Positions 1-12,647 of a stretch of DNA of 44,744 nucleotides are shown here, in pieces. A program made the position numbers and the translations under genes. A model generated the notes under the pieces. It saw nothing but the letters and a program-made list of their open reading frames with translations, had not been told where the DNA came from and made no database searches. Origin of the DNA: Octopus bimaculoides (taxonomy: Eukaryota); contig NC_068990.1 of the NCBI RefSeq assembly GCF_001194135.2, positions 35,610,077 to 35,654,820 of the forward strand, in the 5' to 3' direction. Numbering within the stretch: position 1 is the stretch's first letter; the number at the start of each line of letters is the position of its first letter.

Positions 1-1022
1 TGGTGTAGCAGCACCATAGTCAAATGCTACAAAGGTAAAGGTGACGCTTTAGATACAAATAATTACAGAGGCATCAAGCTGTTAGATCAGGTTATGAAAG
101 TTACGGAGAGGGTCATAGCCCAACTAATTAGGGAGCGAATCAATTTAGATGAGATGCAGTTTGGGTTCGTGCCAGGTAAAAGCACCACTGATGCCATATT
201 TCTAGTGAGACAGCTGCAGGAGAAATACCTAGCCAAGGATAAACCTCTGTACCTGGCCTTCGTTGACATGGAAAAAGCCTTTGACAGAGTCCCCCGATCC
301 CTTATATGGTGGTCAATGATGAAACGTGGGATAGAAGAATGGTTAGTGAGAGCTGTGCGAGCCATGTACAGAGATGCTGCCAGTAAGGTGAGGGTTGGAA
401 ATGAGTAGAGTAATGAATTCCAGGTAGGGGTAGGGGTCCACCAAGGTTCCGTCCTCAGTCCCCTCCTATTTATCATAGTCCTCCAGGCGATCACAGAGGA
501 ATTCAAGACAGGTTGCCCCTGGGAGCTCCTCTGTGCTGATGACCTTGCACTAATTGCGGAGTCACTATCAGAACTAGAGGAGAAGTTTCAGGTGTGGAAG
601 CAAGGACTAGAATCGAAGGGCCTTAGAGTCAACCTAGCAAAAACCAAAATCCTAATAAGTAGGAAGGTAGATAAAAAACAAACCCTTTCAGGTAGATGGC
701 CCTGCTCGTTATGTAGAAAAGGAATAGGTAGTAACGCTATAAGATGTACCCGGTGCAAGCTATGGACACATAAGAGGTGCAGCAATATCAAAAGCAGATT
801 AACTGCGAAGTTAGTTTTTGTATGTGGCAGATGTTCAGGTGCAATAAACACTGTAAACAAACAGGAAACAACTTCTATCTCATTCCAGGGAGAAAAATTA
901 GAGGTAGTCGATAGCTTCCGCTATCTGGGTGACCAAGTTAGTAGTGGGGGTGGGTGCGCTGAAAGTGTAGCTGCTAGAATAAGAATAGCCTGGGCAAAGT
1001 TTAGAGAGCTCTTACCCCTGCT
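1..1022 (+). mobile_element. RTE-clade non-LTR retrotransposon, reverse transcriptase region (inactive; runs off the window start and into an N-gap)
   Basis: Frame 1 reads continuously through RT motifs: NYRGIKLL, QFGFVPGKSTTDAIF, LYLAFVDMEKAFDRV, GVHQGSVLSPLLF, LLCADDLALIA, GLRVNLAKTK, FRYLG, ARIRIAWAKFREL. It has one in-frame TAG (406-408), and the catalytic YADD is changed to CADD (TGT at 532-534). Confidence 0.95.
703..834 (+). other. PHD-type (C4HC3) zinc finger embedded in the RTE RT, between the KTK and FRYLG motifs
   Basis: CSLC-x10-CTRC-x4-H-x2-C-x14-CGRC matches PHD ligand spacing; all 8 ligands are present. Confidence 0.8.
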
Positions 1023-1797
1023 NNNNNNNNNNNNNNNNNNNNNNNNNNNNNNNNNNNNNNNNNNNNNNNNNNNNNNNNNNNNNNNNNNNNNNNNNNNNNN
1101 NNNNNNNNNNNNNNNNNNNNNNNNNNNNNNNNNNNNNNNNNNNNNNNNNNNNNNNNNNNNNNNNNNNNNNNNNNNNNNNNNNNNNNNNNNNNNNNNNNNN
1201 NNNNNNNNNNNNNNNNNNNNNNNNNNNNNNNNNNNNNNNNNNNNNNNNNNNNNNNNNNNNNNNNNNNNNNNNNNNNNNNNNNNNNNNNNNNNNNNNNNNN
1301 NNNNNNNNNNNNNNNNNNNNNNNNNNNNNNNNNNNNNNNNNNNNNNNNNNNNNNNNNNNNNNNNNNNNNNNNNNNNNNNNNNNNNNNNNNNNNNNNNNNN
1401 NNNNNNNNNNNNNNNNNNNNNNNNNNNNNNNNNNNNNNNNNNNNNNNNNNNNNNNNNNNNNNNNNNNNNNNNNNNNNNNNNNNNNNNNNNNNNNNNNNNN
1501 NNNNNNNNNNNNNNNNNNNNNNNNNNNNNNNNNNNNNNNNNNNNNNNNNNNNNNNNNNNNNNNNNNNNNNNNNNNNNNNNNNNNNNNNNNNNNNNNNNNN
1601 NNNNNNNNNNNNNNNNNNNNNNNNNNNNNNNNNNNNNNNNNNNNNNNNNNNNNNNNNNNNNNNNNNNNNNNNNNNNNNNNNNNNNNNNNNNNNNNNNNNN
1701 NNNNNNNNNNNNNNNNNNNNNNNNNNNNNNNNNNNNNNNNNNNNNNNNNNNNNNNNNNNNNNNNNNNNNNNNNNNNNNNNNNNNNNNNNNNNNNNNN
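1023..1797. other. Assembly gap (first of 13)
   Basis: N runs at 1023-1797, 2941-3367, 5940-6077, 7156-7279, 10684-10818, 24789-25049, 25531-25632, 26252-26783, 29040-29294, 34422-34882, 38476-38634, 41100-41452 and 41893-41902. Most abut (TA)n, (TATC)n or poly-A. Confidence 0.99.
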
Positions 1798-1833
1798 ATA
1801 TATACAAACTTACACATACTAATAGGTATCTTG

Positions 1834-2198
1834 TCTTTTATTTATTTCAGTCATTGGACTGTGATTGTGCCTGGTAATTATTCTAAAAGTTTGCCGAACC
1901 ACTAAGTTAAGGACCATAAACACACCGACAGCGGTGGTGGGGAGAAGCACAAACACAAGGACACACCCATACATATAGAAACACACACACACACACACAC
2001 ACACTCATATATGACGGGCTGTACGTATATGACGGCCTTAAATGAGTTTCCGTATACCAAATGCACGCACCATGCGTTGGTCGACCCGAGGCTATAGTAG
2101 AGGACACTTGCTAAAGGTACCACGCTGTGGGGCTGACGCCGGAACGAACCATTTGATTGGGACGCAAACTTCTTACCATACAGCCACACCAGTGTGCT
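1834..2198 (-). mobile_element. tRNA-derived SINE, family A (internal (CA)n), decayed copy with a deletion in the 3' part
   Basis: Collinear with copies at 11275-11538 and 26784-27108: shared blocks CCGAGGCTATAGTAG, ACACTTGC, GACGGGC, GCCGAACCACTAAGT and the tail TTTCAGTCATTGGACTG. A tRNA-like head lies at the 2190 end. Confidence 0.85.
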
Positions 2199-3367
2199 TG
2201 GCAGTAAATACTGATTTTGTATGCACATTGAAATGCATATCTACCTTTCGGTGCGAAAGCCTTGATATTCCCCTTAGCCTCCTTCTCTTCCTCCTCATCA
2301 TAATCATCATAATTCATTAGTATCTGCATTTGTATTTATTATTATTTTTATGTATCCCTTGAAGATTATTTGCCTAGAAGCAATTTCTACTATAGTCTAT
2401 CAACATCAGATCCCTCGAATGTGTATTCACTTATATACTATCATTCATAAAATGATGAAATAATATATTTTGTATAGCATTCACGAAAAAGTTTACACAT
2501 ATCAAACCTCGTACATAAATTGTTTGTGTAATCATGCATTTAGCTTAGTTAAAGTTTAGATATATTTTGTGATTTTTCCCCTCATCACCTCAAAATCTGC
2601 CGATTTCGTTAACGTTTTTGTAGACCATTCATTTACCATCACTTTTTCAACTCTTTACCTATTTTTCTTTAGCACAAAGTCGATCAGTCGTTCTCACATG
2701 TGCATTTAATGCATTTCTTTCCCCAATTCTGTTGCTTCCCGCTTTTATTCATGGCATGAAAAAAAATCACAACCTCCAATAATTCTTACCCAGAATGCAA
2801 GTGCAGAGACAGAAAAAATTATCATGTAATCTCACATGCTTATGCATATTTTATTATTCTTTTTTTTTAAATTTGCTTGTTTCATATTTCTTTCTCTCAT
2901 TCCTTCCTTCTGTCTATATTAACTATGTATATGTATATATNNNNNNNNNNNNNNNNNNNNNNNNNNNNNNNNNNNNNNNNNNNNNNNNNNNNNNNNNNNN
3001 NNNNNNNNNNNNNNNNNNNNNNNNNNNNNNNNNNNNNNNNNNNNNNNNNNNNNNNNNNNNNNNNNNNNNNNNNNNNNNNNNNNNNNNNNNNNNNNNNNNN
3101 NNNNNNNNNNNNNNNNNNNNNNNNNNNNNNNNNNNNNNNNNNNNNNNNNNNNNNNNNNNNNNNNNNNNNNNNNNNNNNNNNNNNNNNNNNNNNNNNNNNN
3201 NNNNNNNNNNNNNNNNNNNNNNNNNNNNNNNNNNNNNNNNNNNNNNNNNNNNNNNNNNNNNNNNNNNNNNNNNNNNNNNNNNNNNNNNNNNNNNNNNNNN
3301 NNNNNNNNNNNNNNNNNNNNNNNNNNNNNNNNNNNNNNNNNNNNNNNNNNNNNNNNNNNNNNNNNNN

Positions 3368-3406
<39 letters not shown>

Positions 3407-4766
3407 ATGTGTATGTATGTGTTAGCTGACAATTGCGCTCCTTTCACATCTTCTATTACTTGATTTCTAGAGATCAAATTTACTTTCACATTTGCGAGAA
3501 ATCTAGTGATTGGTGTCGTGATTTAATAGCAAAGAAATTTTAACTGCTATTAACAATCTCAGCACACACACCCTAACAGCACACATGCATACACGAATTA
3601 AACACGCAACTTCATACATTCAAACAGTATCACATGCTCTTGAATTACACAATTCTAATATATTTTCTGTTCAATCCTATTTCTAGTTTGCTATTTCGGA
3701 ACCATATTTACTGTAAAGGAAATATTTATAATGTCTCTTGTTATCTTTGGGATGTGCTCAGTAGCGGTAATGGCTGTGCATTGCACGTGACTTGCCAGTT
3801 TGATGCGCATAAATGTGTATACAGATTACAATTCCATGCGTTACTTGCTTGCTGTGATCATTTTATAACATTCCCTATACAAGCCAGACTGTGCGCGCAC
3901 CACTGGAATATTATATCAATGTAATGTGCCTATGCTATTAGTAAAATGCGAAGATGATTACAAGAAAATGAATGAAAATAATTCCTTTGTTCAGGATTGA
4001 TATAAAAGGATACATTATTGAGTGTCGAACCCACGACAAGCTTTCAATAACCATTGATACCAATGCCATAGCACTTATTTTGATAAATATCTTTGATAAA
4101 TTCATACTTGAAGCTTTTAAGTATGGATCAAATACATTTCACCATTTACTGTGTGAAGCTCTTAATTAAGTCACAAGTAGTCTTTATCCTACCAGTATAA
4201 TTACATAAACTTATTATAGGATGGTCATATTTAACATACTCTATTCAACCGTCAGCAAACAAAGATGGTGTGTACATAAACCTATCTGCCCACTGATTAA
4301 AAAAAAAAATCATCAACTGGTTGTAGACATCATCATGAGTAGTGTCGTTTTCCCGTTCTCCGTGTTTAAGATAATTAACTTGGACCATGAATGCTCTAAG
4401 GAAACTCCCCACCTATAGCAAACATTCGCACCAATCTTCCAATTTGAGTTTATCTTCTTCTCTCCAGCTAGAATCCGATCCGTAAATGGTTCCCGTTACT
4501 GATTTCTCTGCTCACTAACAGATAACAAGCGTATGGCGGAAAACTACATCATAAATTATCACGCGTAACTTTTCTGCGGACATTACAAATCATGTTGTCA
4601 AAAAGGTATAACACCTGTTGATCACTCATTTCTATTGTTATTTTAATCACGTATTCAATTGGTTATCAGCTTTAACCTTTAGTCTATCCCGTCCCTACAC
4701 TTCTAGCTTATCTTGCAAGAAATACTTGCTGAAATATGTATACACACATCGACACATACTCACATA

Positions 4767-4975
4767 TCTTTATTGCTTACTAGTTTCAATCCTTGGCTGT
4801 GGCCATGCCGGGGCACCACCTGGAAGAGCTAATTCGGACATATTGTCCCCAGTTCTTATCTTAAGTCTGTTACACATCCTAACGATTTGTTCTGCCAATC
4901 CGCTAAACCACAGGGACATTAACAAACCAACAATTGTTGTCTCGCGTTCATGGGTACAAACCGAAACATAAGTTC
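4767..4975 (-). mobile_element. SINE family A, decayed 3' half
   Basis: GGCTGTGGCCATGCCGGGGCACCACCT ... CCCCAGTTCTTAT ... TGCCAATCCGCTAA ... AACAAACCAACA aligns with the reverse complement of 26930-27105. Confidence 0.7.
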
Positions 4976-7949
4976 ACATTCGTACATGCATACATACATA
5001 CATACATACATACATACACACCCAAACACCCATGCACAGAACAACCTCACACCATACACACGCACGCAAAAAAACTTATAGGGCTCAAAGCAAAAACAGA
5101 AGATAGTGTGAGAAAGCTATAATGTTTTAACCTGTGTATGCGGGTATATATATATATATGTATATGTACATATTTGTATAGTTTTTGGCGAGTATGTGGG
5201 TGAGCATGTGTGTGTTTCAAGCGAAGGTGATTTAGTATATAAATATAGGCGAATGTACTGATTGGTGCGCTTACTCGAATAGTATAGACTTCTCTACTCC
5301 CTTACTTTTACCCCCTCCCCTTACTTAGCGGTCTATAGCTCTTTTGTCTTAATAACGGTCAACCACACAGTAATTTCACTTTGTTTAACGGTCATTTTCA
5401 CATGGCCAGATAACTGAAGAGATGTTGGCGTAGGTTCCTACCCCGGCATCCGAAACTCGGAGTTTTATCATGGCTACCGAATAAGTGTCAAATATTTTTA
5501 CAGATATATATATATATATATAAATTCTTTTATAATATTTGTTTATAATTTCATATATTTTAAGTTATTTCAATTTTTCTTTATCTGCTATCTTTACTTT
5601 TTTTCTTTTTCGTTTTCTCGTTACCTTGTTTAAATGAAAGTTCATTTCTCATTTTCTATCTAGCACATACACTTGACTGATATGATGGCGTTTATATGTA
5701 AAAAAAAGTTTTCCTAGTAATGACAACACAACATAGGATTCGTAACTTTTACTGACGACATGAATGTAATCTCTTCCAGTTCCCGTCATCCATACAAACC
5801 TATAAGCATAATTTCTTGTATACTGAAATCAAAACTACATGAAGAAGGTTGCGAAACTGGTGTAATTTTATGGAAACCATCAGGTAATAAAAATATATCT
5901 TCATCTCACATAACTCCTGACTTTATGCTCATATATAATNNNNNNNNNNNNNNNNNNNNNNNNNNNNNNNNNNNNNNNNNNNNNNNNNNNNNNNNNNNNN
6001 NNNNNNNNNNNNNNNNNNNNNNNNNNNNNNNNNNNNNNNNNNNNNNNNNNNNNNNNNNNNNNNNNNNNNNNNNNNNNTATATATATATATATATATATGC
6101 GTGTGTCTGTGTCTATTTTCATGTTTGTGTGTGTGTATTCATATACATACATAAGGACATACATGCACGCATACATACATCCTTCCGTACGTATATACAT
6201 GCGTATGTTGTCTTCTATTAACAATAAATTGTCGGATTCGATATAATAATACGGAAACAAATAATATGTATATCTATTTTAAATACTAAAATATGCTCAT
6301 TGATATATATGATACAGTTAATATTACAGTAATTGAAAGAGATTGTTAGAAAGAATTTGAGATCTACATAAATATATGCAAAGATATAGTTTTTGGTGTA
6401 TGCGTCACCATATATGCACGTGCGTGTGCATATGAATATCTATGTACTTATGCATAGCCAATTTCATGTAGATATATATATATGTGGACTGCGTGTGTAT
6501 GCGTGCGTGGGTGTACCTTTTCAATTAAATAAATTTCTATTTAAGACCTTGCATTACAAAGTATGTTAATATATAAACAATACTATTTTTATTACATACA
6601 AAGTATGAGCGTCAGAAGTAAGTTTATACGCGCGCATACACACATATAAACACGCACACATGCAAATTTAAACACACACACACTCACACACACACACACA
6701 CATATATACAGAGAGAGAGAGAATGGGTTACATAGATATATAAATAGATAAATAGAAAGATGTATAGATATATAGACAGGGAGATAGATATAATCACAGA
6801 TGTTCATATACATTCATATATATGCATTTATATATGTATATTTATATATGTGCAGATGTACATTAAAAATATATACGTATAAAGATGTGTATTTATATTG
6901 GATTCTATTTGTGCGTTTATCTACAATTTTTAAAAAAGCCAGCACAGATTTATATAACAATAACCAATGTACATGAAATTAAAGAATTGGAGTCTGTTTA
7001 AAGAGAATTTAATATACAGAATATAAATAAAATATATTGCCAAATTGATCTAATACTAAGTGTATGTATGTACATATGAATATATGCATATATCTATGTC
7101 TATTTATAAATCTACATTTATATCTCTATCTATATCCGTATGTGTATATATGTATNNNNNNNNNNNNNNNNNNNNNNNNNNNNNNNNNNNNNNNNNNNNN
7201 NNNNNNNNNNNNNNNNNNNNNNNNNNNNNNNNNNNNNNNNNNNNNNNNNNNNNNNNNNNNNNNNNNNNNNNNNNNNNNNAGAGAGAGAGAGAGAGAGAGA
7301 GAGAATGAGAGATATACTTACACACATATACATACACATATATAAACATGTGTATATATATGTATACAAACACATATATATAATTGATGATGTATGCAGA
7401 TACATTTTTGAATGAAACAGATTTGAATGCTTTATCTTGTTTGATATATTTGAATGTGATTTGAATTCATATCTTAGATTTATAACCTAAAACTATCTTT
7501 CTTAATCTCAAATATATAATATATTCAGATAATACTATAATTCGCAGTCAATTTGATGATTAAGGAAGCAGAATTCTTCAATTGAAACAAATATAAAGCA
7601 ATTAGAGAATGAATTATCATGAAAGATACTTTCCTTTTAACTATTTGAAATTCTCTGATAGGGACAGTACCTGGTTCTAATAAAAGAATAACACTGTTAT
7701 CTGAAATTTCCATTAGATCAACGCTAACAGTTACTTTTTAATTTGACCAGCTTCCGCTGCCCCGCTTTCAGAATGTATATTTGTAAAGTTTGTGTTAGCC
7801 AGTCACTATCATTGCCAGAAAGCTTTAGATTTTCTGAAGTGATACTCATTTACCAACATGGCTAAATTCATCACTCGTATAAATTCAACATTCTTATAAA
7901 TTAGACTTTATTATTCAATGTTTAGTGTCTGCACGTTTGGATGTAGTTG

Positions 7950-9090
7950 CCCATAATGTACTCTCCTCGTAGATTTTGGAAGACATTTTCAATCTTTTTA
8001 TGGATTTAACGTATGATGGCAGATCCTAGAGTGGATTTTGGTAAAACTGAAGCACGAGCGGCCATCAAGTTCCTATTTTTACAAGGCAAAGGTGTAGCAA
8101 AAATCCATGGTGAGATGAAGGAATTGCTACCTATCTTACTCCCGGACAGGTCATTTCGAGGTGACAGATGAACCCCGATCAGGACAGCCAACTTCCTCAA
8201 ACAAAGAGGACAAAACCAACGTTGTGCACGTCATATTTCTCGACGACCACCTGATTTAATCTAAAGTCGTAGCTGTAACCCTGGGCATTTCCCACGAAAG
8301 AGTTGGTCACATGATTCGCAACATTCTGGACATGGGAAAACTTTTCACAAAATTGGTGCTGAAATGCCTGAATGCAGATCAGAAGCGCATCAGCGTGACC
8401 GGGCGAATTTTGGACCGGTTTGGCGCTGGAAAGTATACTTTTATGGTTCGTTAATCACCATGAATGAAACTTGGCTTCATCATTATAGTCCCCAGACCAA
8501 ACAGCAATCAATGGAGTGGTGCCACAACGTGTCCCAGGAGGTTTCGGACCCAGAATTCAACTTCAGAAATTCTGGCTTCAGTGTTCTGGGACAAAGATGG
8601 AGTAGTACTCATAAAATACTTGCCAAATATTCGCACCATGAATGCAGAATAGTACATCCTTCTGTTGGATCAACTACGTGAAGTTTTGAAGCATAGAGAC
8701 CGTGGAAAGCTGATCCGTTCTGTAATAGTTTTGCAGGACAATGAACCAGTACATGCAGCACATGACATTCTACAGAAAATACGTGGCTTTGGCTTCGAAT
8801 TGTTAAATCACGTGTCTTACTCTCCAAAATTGGCTCCCCACTACTATCACGTCTTTCAACAATTAAAGAAACATCTCAAGGAAATAAAATCGGAAGTGAT
8901 TGCTGCAACTGAGGCCTGGTTCTATGCCAAACATTCCGAGTTCTGTTTACAAGGCTTAACATATCCGAAGGGCTCTTGGAATAAGTGTGAGAATCTCACT
9001 GTGCTATATGTTGAAACAACTACAATTAATTGATTGTCCTGTATTTTCTTTTACTCAAAGTCAGGGGATTTTCTGCACTCCCCAGCATAT
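7950..9090 (+). mobile_element. Decayed mariner (Tc1/mariner, D,D34D) transposon, irritans/Himar1-like
   Basis: Frameshifted transposase pieces: EARAAIKFLFLQGK, DEPRSGQP, LGISHERVGHMIRNILDMGKL, LITMNETWLHHYSPQTKQQSMEW, ILASVFWDKDGVVLIKYL, LQDNEPVH and YSPKLAPHYYHVFQQLKKHL. A TIR-like 3' end, GTCAGGGGATTTTCTGCACTCCCCAGCATA (9061-9090), finishes in TA. The 5' TIR is not recognisable, so the start is approximate. Confidence 0.92.
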
Positions 9091-9406
9091 GTATATACAT
9101 ATTAACATACATGCATACACGCAGACATATGTGTATGCATGTACATGTACATACATATGTATTCCCGTACATATATACACCTATATACATATATATATAT
9201 ATACATATATATATCCGTATTTATGTATTACTAGTATATATCTGTGTAGCACACAGTCTTTGCGTGTGTATCTATTCTTCTAATACTCCCTTTCGTTTTG
9301 GAATAAAAGGTCAGGAGTGATAGGAAACTGCGACGGCCTAAACAAACAAAGGTTACACTCTGTGTATATATGAAAATCACTTTTGAGCGTATCTCAACAA
9401 GAGATG

Positions 9407-9437
<31 letters not shown>

Positions 9438-10645
9438 TTATGTGTGTATGTTTGTGTGCGTTAGTAATTTTGGGACGATTATAGTCCCTGTTAGTGTATA
9501 TGTTTACATTTACACACAACACATAGACACACACACGGACACACTCACACAAGTCAGACTCACACACCCCTATTCACACACACACTTACACTTAGACACT
9601 CACACACACCATTCTTACATACACACACACATATGCATGCACACCTCTTGGGATCACAAGCATTTTATTCTCTCCCTTTCTCTCCAACTCTTTTTTTTAT
9701 TATTATCTCCCTTCTTGTCAACCTTTTTTTTCCCAATCATTCGCCATGCTTGATCGCTGAAATCTACAGGCTTGTTTTTCATTCTCTCTCTCTGTGTTTA
9801 TTATCTCTTATTCATTCTGTAAAAGAGCGTAGGCTCGAAATGTAAAAGACTTCTTCATTTTCTCGAGAGTCAAACTGATGCATTTGCTTGTAGTTCCTAC
9901 ACCTGTCTTTCTCCGTCTTTTTTTCTATAAATTTCAAATACACACACACACATGCATATAATAAACATACATATATACATATGCACCACACACACACTCA
10001 TATACAGACACGTACATATTTGTGTGTGTGTTTATATATGTGAGTGTGTGCGTGTGTGAGTGCGTGTGTGTGTGCGTTACTAGTCCATGGCTACGGTATA
10101 AATACGGAACACTGATCATTGAAAGCAAGTTAAAGGTTAAGAAAGATTAAAAACAGTTCTTCAAATTGAATAAAGTTCTTAGACGAAAATCCTGTCGATA
10201 TATTTAATCACGTCTAATAGTTTAGATCCCTTTTGTACTTCATTTCATTTCCCATATGGTTACATGTTTCATTGTAACTCAGGAAAAATCAATTTTGGCA
10301 TCAATTGTATATTTTACCAATACGCTGTGTTGCTGATATCCAGATACATGTATATGTAATCGTGTGTTAAGTTGCTGTTAAGAAGAAGGAACATAATATA
10401 AAGGCTAAAAAGAAGTAAAATTTCAAATTTAGTTTTTGTTTTACGCTGATGTTTCATGCAATTGATTTACACTTAAACTGATTCGAATTTTCGGATTGCA
10501 TTGTACATTATATAGTAATTAACTTTTTTGCTCAAAGTACACACGCACACACGCTTATGTTTTTCTACGACAAAGTATGTTAAGTGAAAACCTACCAAGG
10601 ATTGTATATTATTGTTCATATGTGTGAGTATCTGTGCGTACGTAA

Positions 10646-10649
<4 letters not shown>

Positions 10650-10683
<34 letters not shown>

Positions 10684-10818
10684 NNNNNNNNNNNNNNNNN
10701 NNNNNNNNNNNNNNNNNNNNNNNNNNNNNNNNNNNNNNNNNNNNNNNNNNNNNNNNNNNNNNNNNNNNNNNNNNNNNNNNNNNNNNNNNNNNNNNNNNNN
10801 NNNNNNNNNNNNNNNNNN

Positions 10819-10869
<51 letters not shown>

Positions 10870-10920
10870 TAGATAGATAGATACATACATACATACATAC
10901 ATACATACATACATAAATAC
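10650..10920. repeat. Compound microsatellite (TA)n-gap-(TA)n(GATA)n(CATA)n
   Basis: Directly visible. Similar compound TA/CA/TG tracts occur at about 6650-6800, 9090-9230, 9520-9640, 9940-10080, 15190-15525, 23415-23530, 29480-29575, 32735-32785, 37045-37117, 38395-38675 and 42130-42800. Confidence 0.98.
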
Positions 10921-11274
10921 ATGCGTACATACATAGCTATAAATATTGATAGATTGATGCAAATATATGTAGATATATATTCACTTTATTTTCGCCCCTA
11001 CTCATCGCTTGATTCTTCGATGTTTATAGTTCTATATCAGTTTTGTATGTGATAATCTAGTTATCCACTTAGTTAACCGTTCCTTTCTCATAATGATCTA
11101 TTTAGTTCTGACAATAGTAATACGTATGTCACTCTGTCCCACTATCTGTCACACTCCACTATTTAGATATTATTTCTACTTACGTCACCAGACATTTCAA
11201 AACTTGATGGAGTTGATGAGTATCCTAGTATCCTTTAGGATATAGATGTAACAATAAGTTACATACACCTGCAC

Positions 11275-11538
11275 TTATTCTTTGCAAGCTTGATGTCTAT
11301 TCTATCGGTTTTTCTGCCAAACCGCGACGTTACGGGGATGTAAAAACATCAACATCGGCTGTCAAGCGATATATACACGACGGGCTTCTTTCAATTTCCA
11401 TCTACCAAACTCACTTACTATAGCCTCGGCCCGAGGCTATTGTAGGAGACACTTGCCCGGGGTGCCATGCAGTGGGACTGAACTCGGAACCATATGGTTT
11501 AGAAGCAAGCTTCTAACCACACTGCCACGCCTGTGCCT
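11275..11538 (-). mobile_element. SINE family A with an intact tRNA-like head
   Basis: The minus strand reads AGGCACAGGCGTGGCAGTGTGGTTAGAAGCTTGCTTCTAAACCATATGGTTCCGAGTTCAGTCCCACTGC (Pol III A- and B-box-like), then GGGCAAGTGTCTCC and the AAGAAGCCCGTCGTG block shared with 26784-27108. Confidence 0.9.
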
Positions 11539-11665
11539 ATGTTTACATATAAAACAACAAAAGATATGATCTTGCCGACACTCTTTCTCTGTAAAAGTGC
11601 TATTCCGTCACTGTGGTATATTCATTTCCAAAATGGTCCAAAACGGAACCTTTACGTGATCTACA

Positions 11666-11720
11666 TGCTAGAAATAGTAGCCAAAAGTACATCAAATGAA
11701 AATCTGTCATCTTAGAAAAG
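11666..11720 (+). repeat. Old dispersed repeat family (E), fragment; related fragments at about 17142-17225 (+), 19068-19117 (-) and 40395-40460 (+)
   Basis: Shared degenerate core TGCTAGAAATAG(T/A)AGCCAAA..TCCCT(T/C)GAATCAC is visible among the four sites by eye. Confidence 0.45.
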
Positions 11721-11920
11721 TCAGCGCACACAACGTTGTATACTCTGCGGAGATGTGGAAGTGTTACAGATGTCATTCCATAAAAACATTATCACATGTC
11801 TATTTAATAAACATCTATCCGAAGTTAAGCAACAGCACCATTATGAACAATGTCATTTCCCAGAAAACTTTGAAATATTTATAACGATTTCTAACATTCG
11901 ATATTAAAGAGTTTTAAGCA

Positions 11921-12080
11921 AGGACGTGCGGTTAACATGTCCCGTTCGCAGCCTCATGGTTCTGGATTCGATCCTAACGGACGAAACTTTCAGAAATTAT
12001 CATACTATATATAACATCCAGTGGACTCAGGATTTTTTAAAATTGCAATGTGAGCATAAGACTACACTCTGAAATTTGTA
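11921..12080 (+). mobile_element. Highly decayed tRNA-derived SINE head (probably family A)
   Basis: GGACGTGCGGTTAACATGTCCCGTTCGCAGCCTCATGGTTCTGGATTCGATCC has A/B-box-like spacing, followed by weak similarity to family A (GTGAG...GAAATTTGTAG). Confidence 0.5.
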
Positions 12081-12329
12081 GCAACTGGTCTAATGGAATG
12101 AAGCTGCGTTTATTCGTAGACGTAATCCAGTCTCTCGATTTACACTCGCTATCTCACCTCTGGGTGTTCCCGCAGGAGACATTGGGGCTAGGTCTCCTAT
12201 TTTGTACTAACCATTTAACGAAACCAGTTTTTCAATAAATTCTAATTTAAATATCCTATAGTACTAAGATTCTAATATTCTGCAGTGTATTTTTTTATGA
12301 CATTCTTTATATATCATGTTATTATGTCC

Positions 12330-12647
12330 TAAAAAGACCCCCTTCGATCATGAATGGCCATGTGCTTTGCACATATCTCGGCAAGGTTGTTTATGGAAGA
12401 CCAGAAGTCACCCATGCATACCAGTCTCCCCTCTCCGCGCCACTGATTTTATCCCAGGGAAAAGGCAAAAGCCGGTACAACTTGACACCAGTGACGTTGC
12501 AATTCATTCCTAGAAATGAGTGAACTGTGGCAAAGTGACATGAAGTGTATTGCTCAAGAACGCAACACACAGCCCGGTTCGGTATTCGAACTCACTACCT
12601 CATAATTGTGACCCCCAAGCTATGATTCCTGAGTCATTCGCCTTCAC
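12330..12647 (-). mobile_element. tRNA-derived SINE, family B (CORE-like central domain)
   Basis: The minus strand has the head GTGAAGGCGAATGACTCAGG ... GAGTTCGAATACC (B box), then TTCTTGAGCAATACACTTCA...CAGTTCACTCA (CORE-like). There is a possible degraded TSD, TATTATG(T)CCT, on both flanks. The CORE assignment is recalled, not searched. Confidence 0.8.

Noticed and set aside
592-1905. 437-aa and other long ORFs that span N runs (also at 2795, 24466, 26143, 28951, 34318 and 40971)
   Set aside because: Their length comes from X codons in assembly gaps. Only 592-1022 has real coding content, and it belongs to the RTE element.
5780-5883. AG...GT-bounded open segment SRHPYKPISIISCILKSKLHEEGCETGVILWKPS
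   Set aside because: It could be an exon, or a LINE YRPISL-like remnant, but no neighbouring motif or partner exon supports either reading.
11480-11538. tRNA-like sequences with A/B boxes (also at 12580-12647, 24386-24460, 28023-28110 and 39933-40020)
   Set aside because: They are SINE heads. They have no complete cloverleaf or acceptor stem, and each runs into a repeated SINE body.
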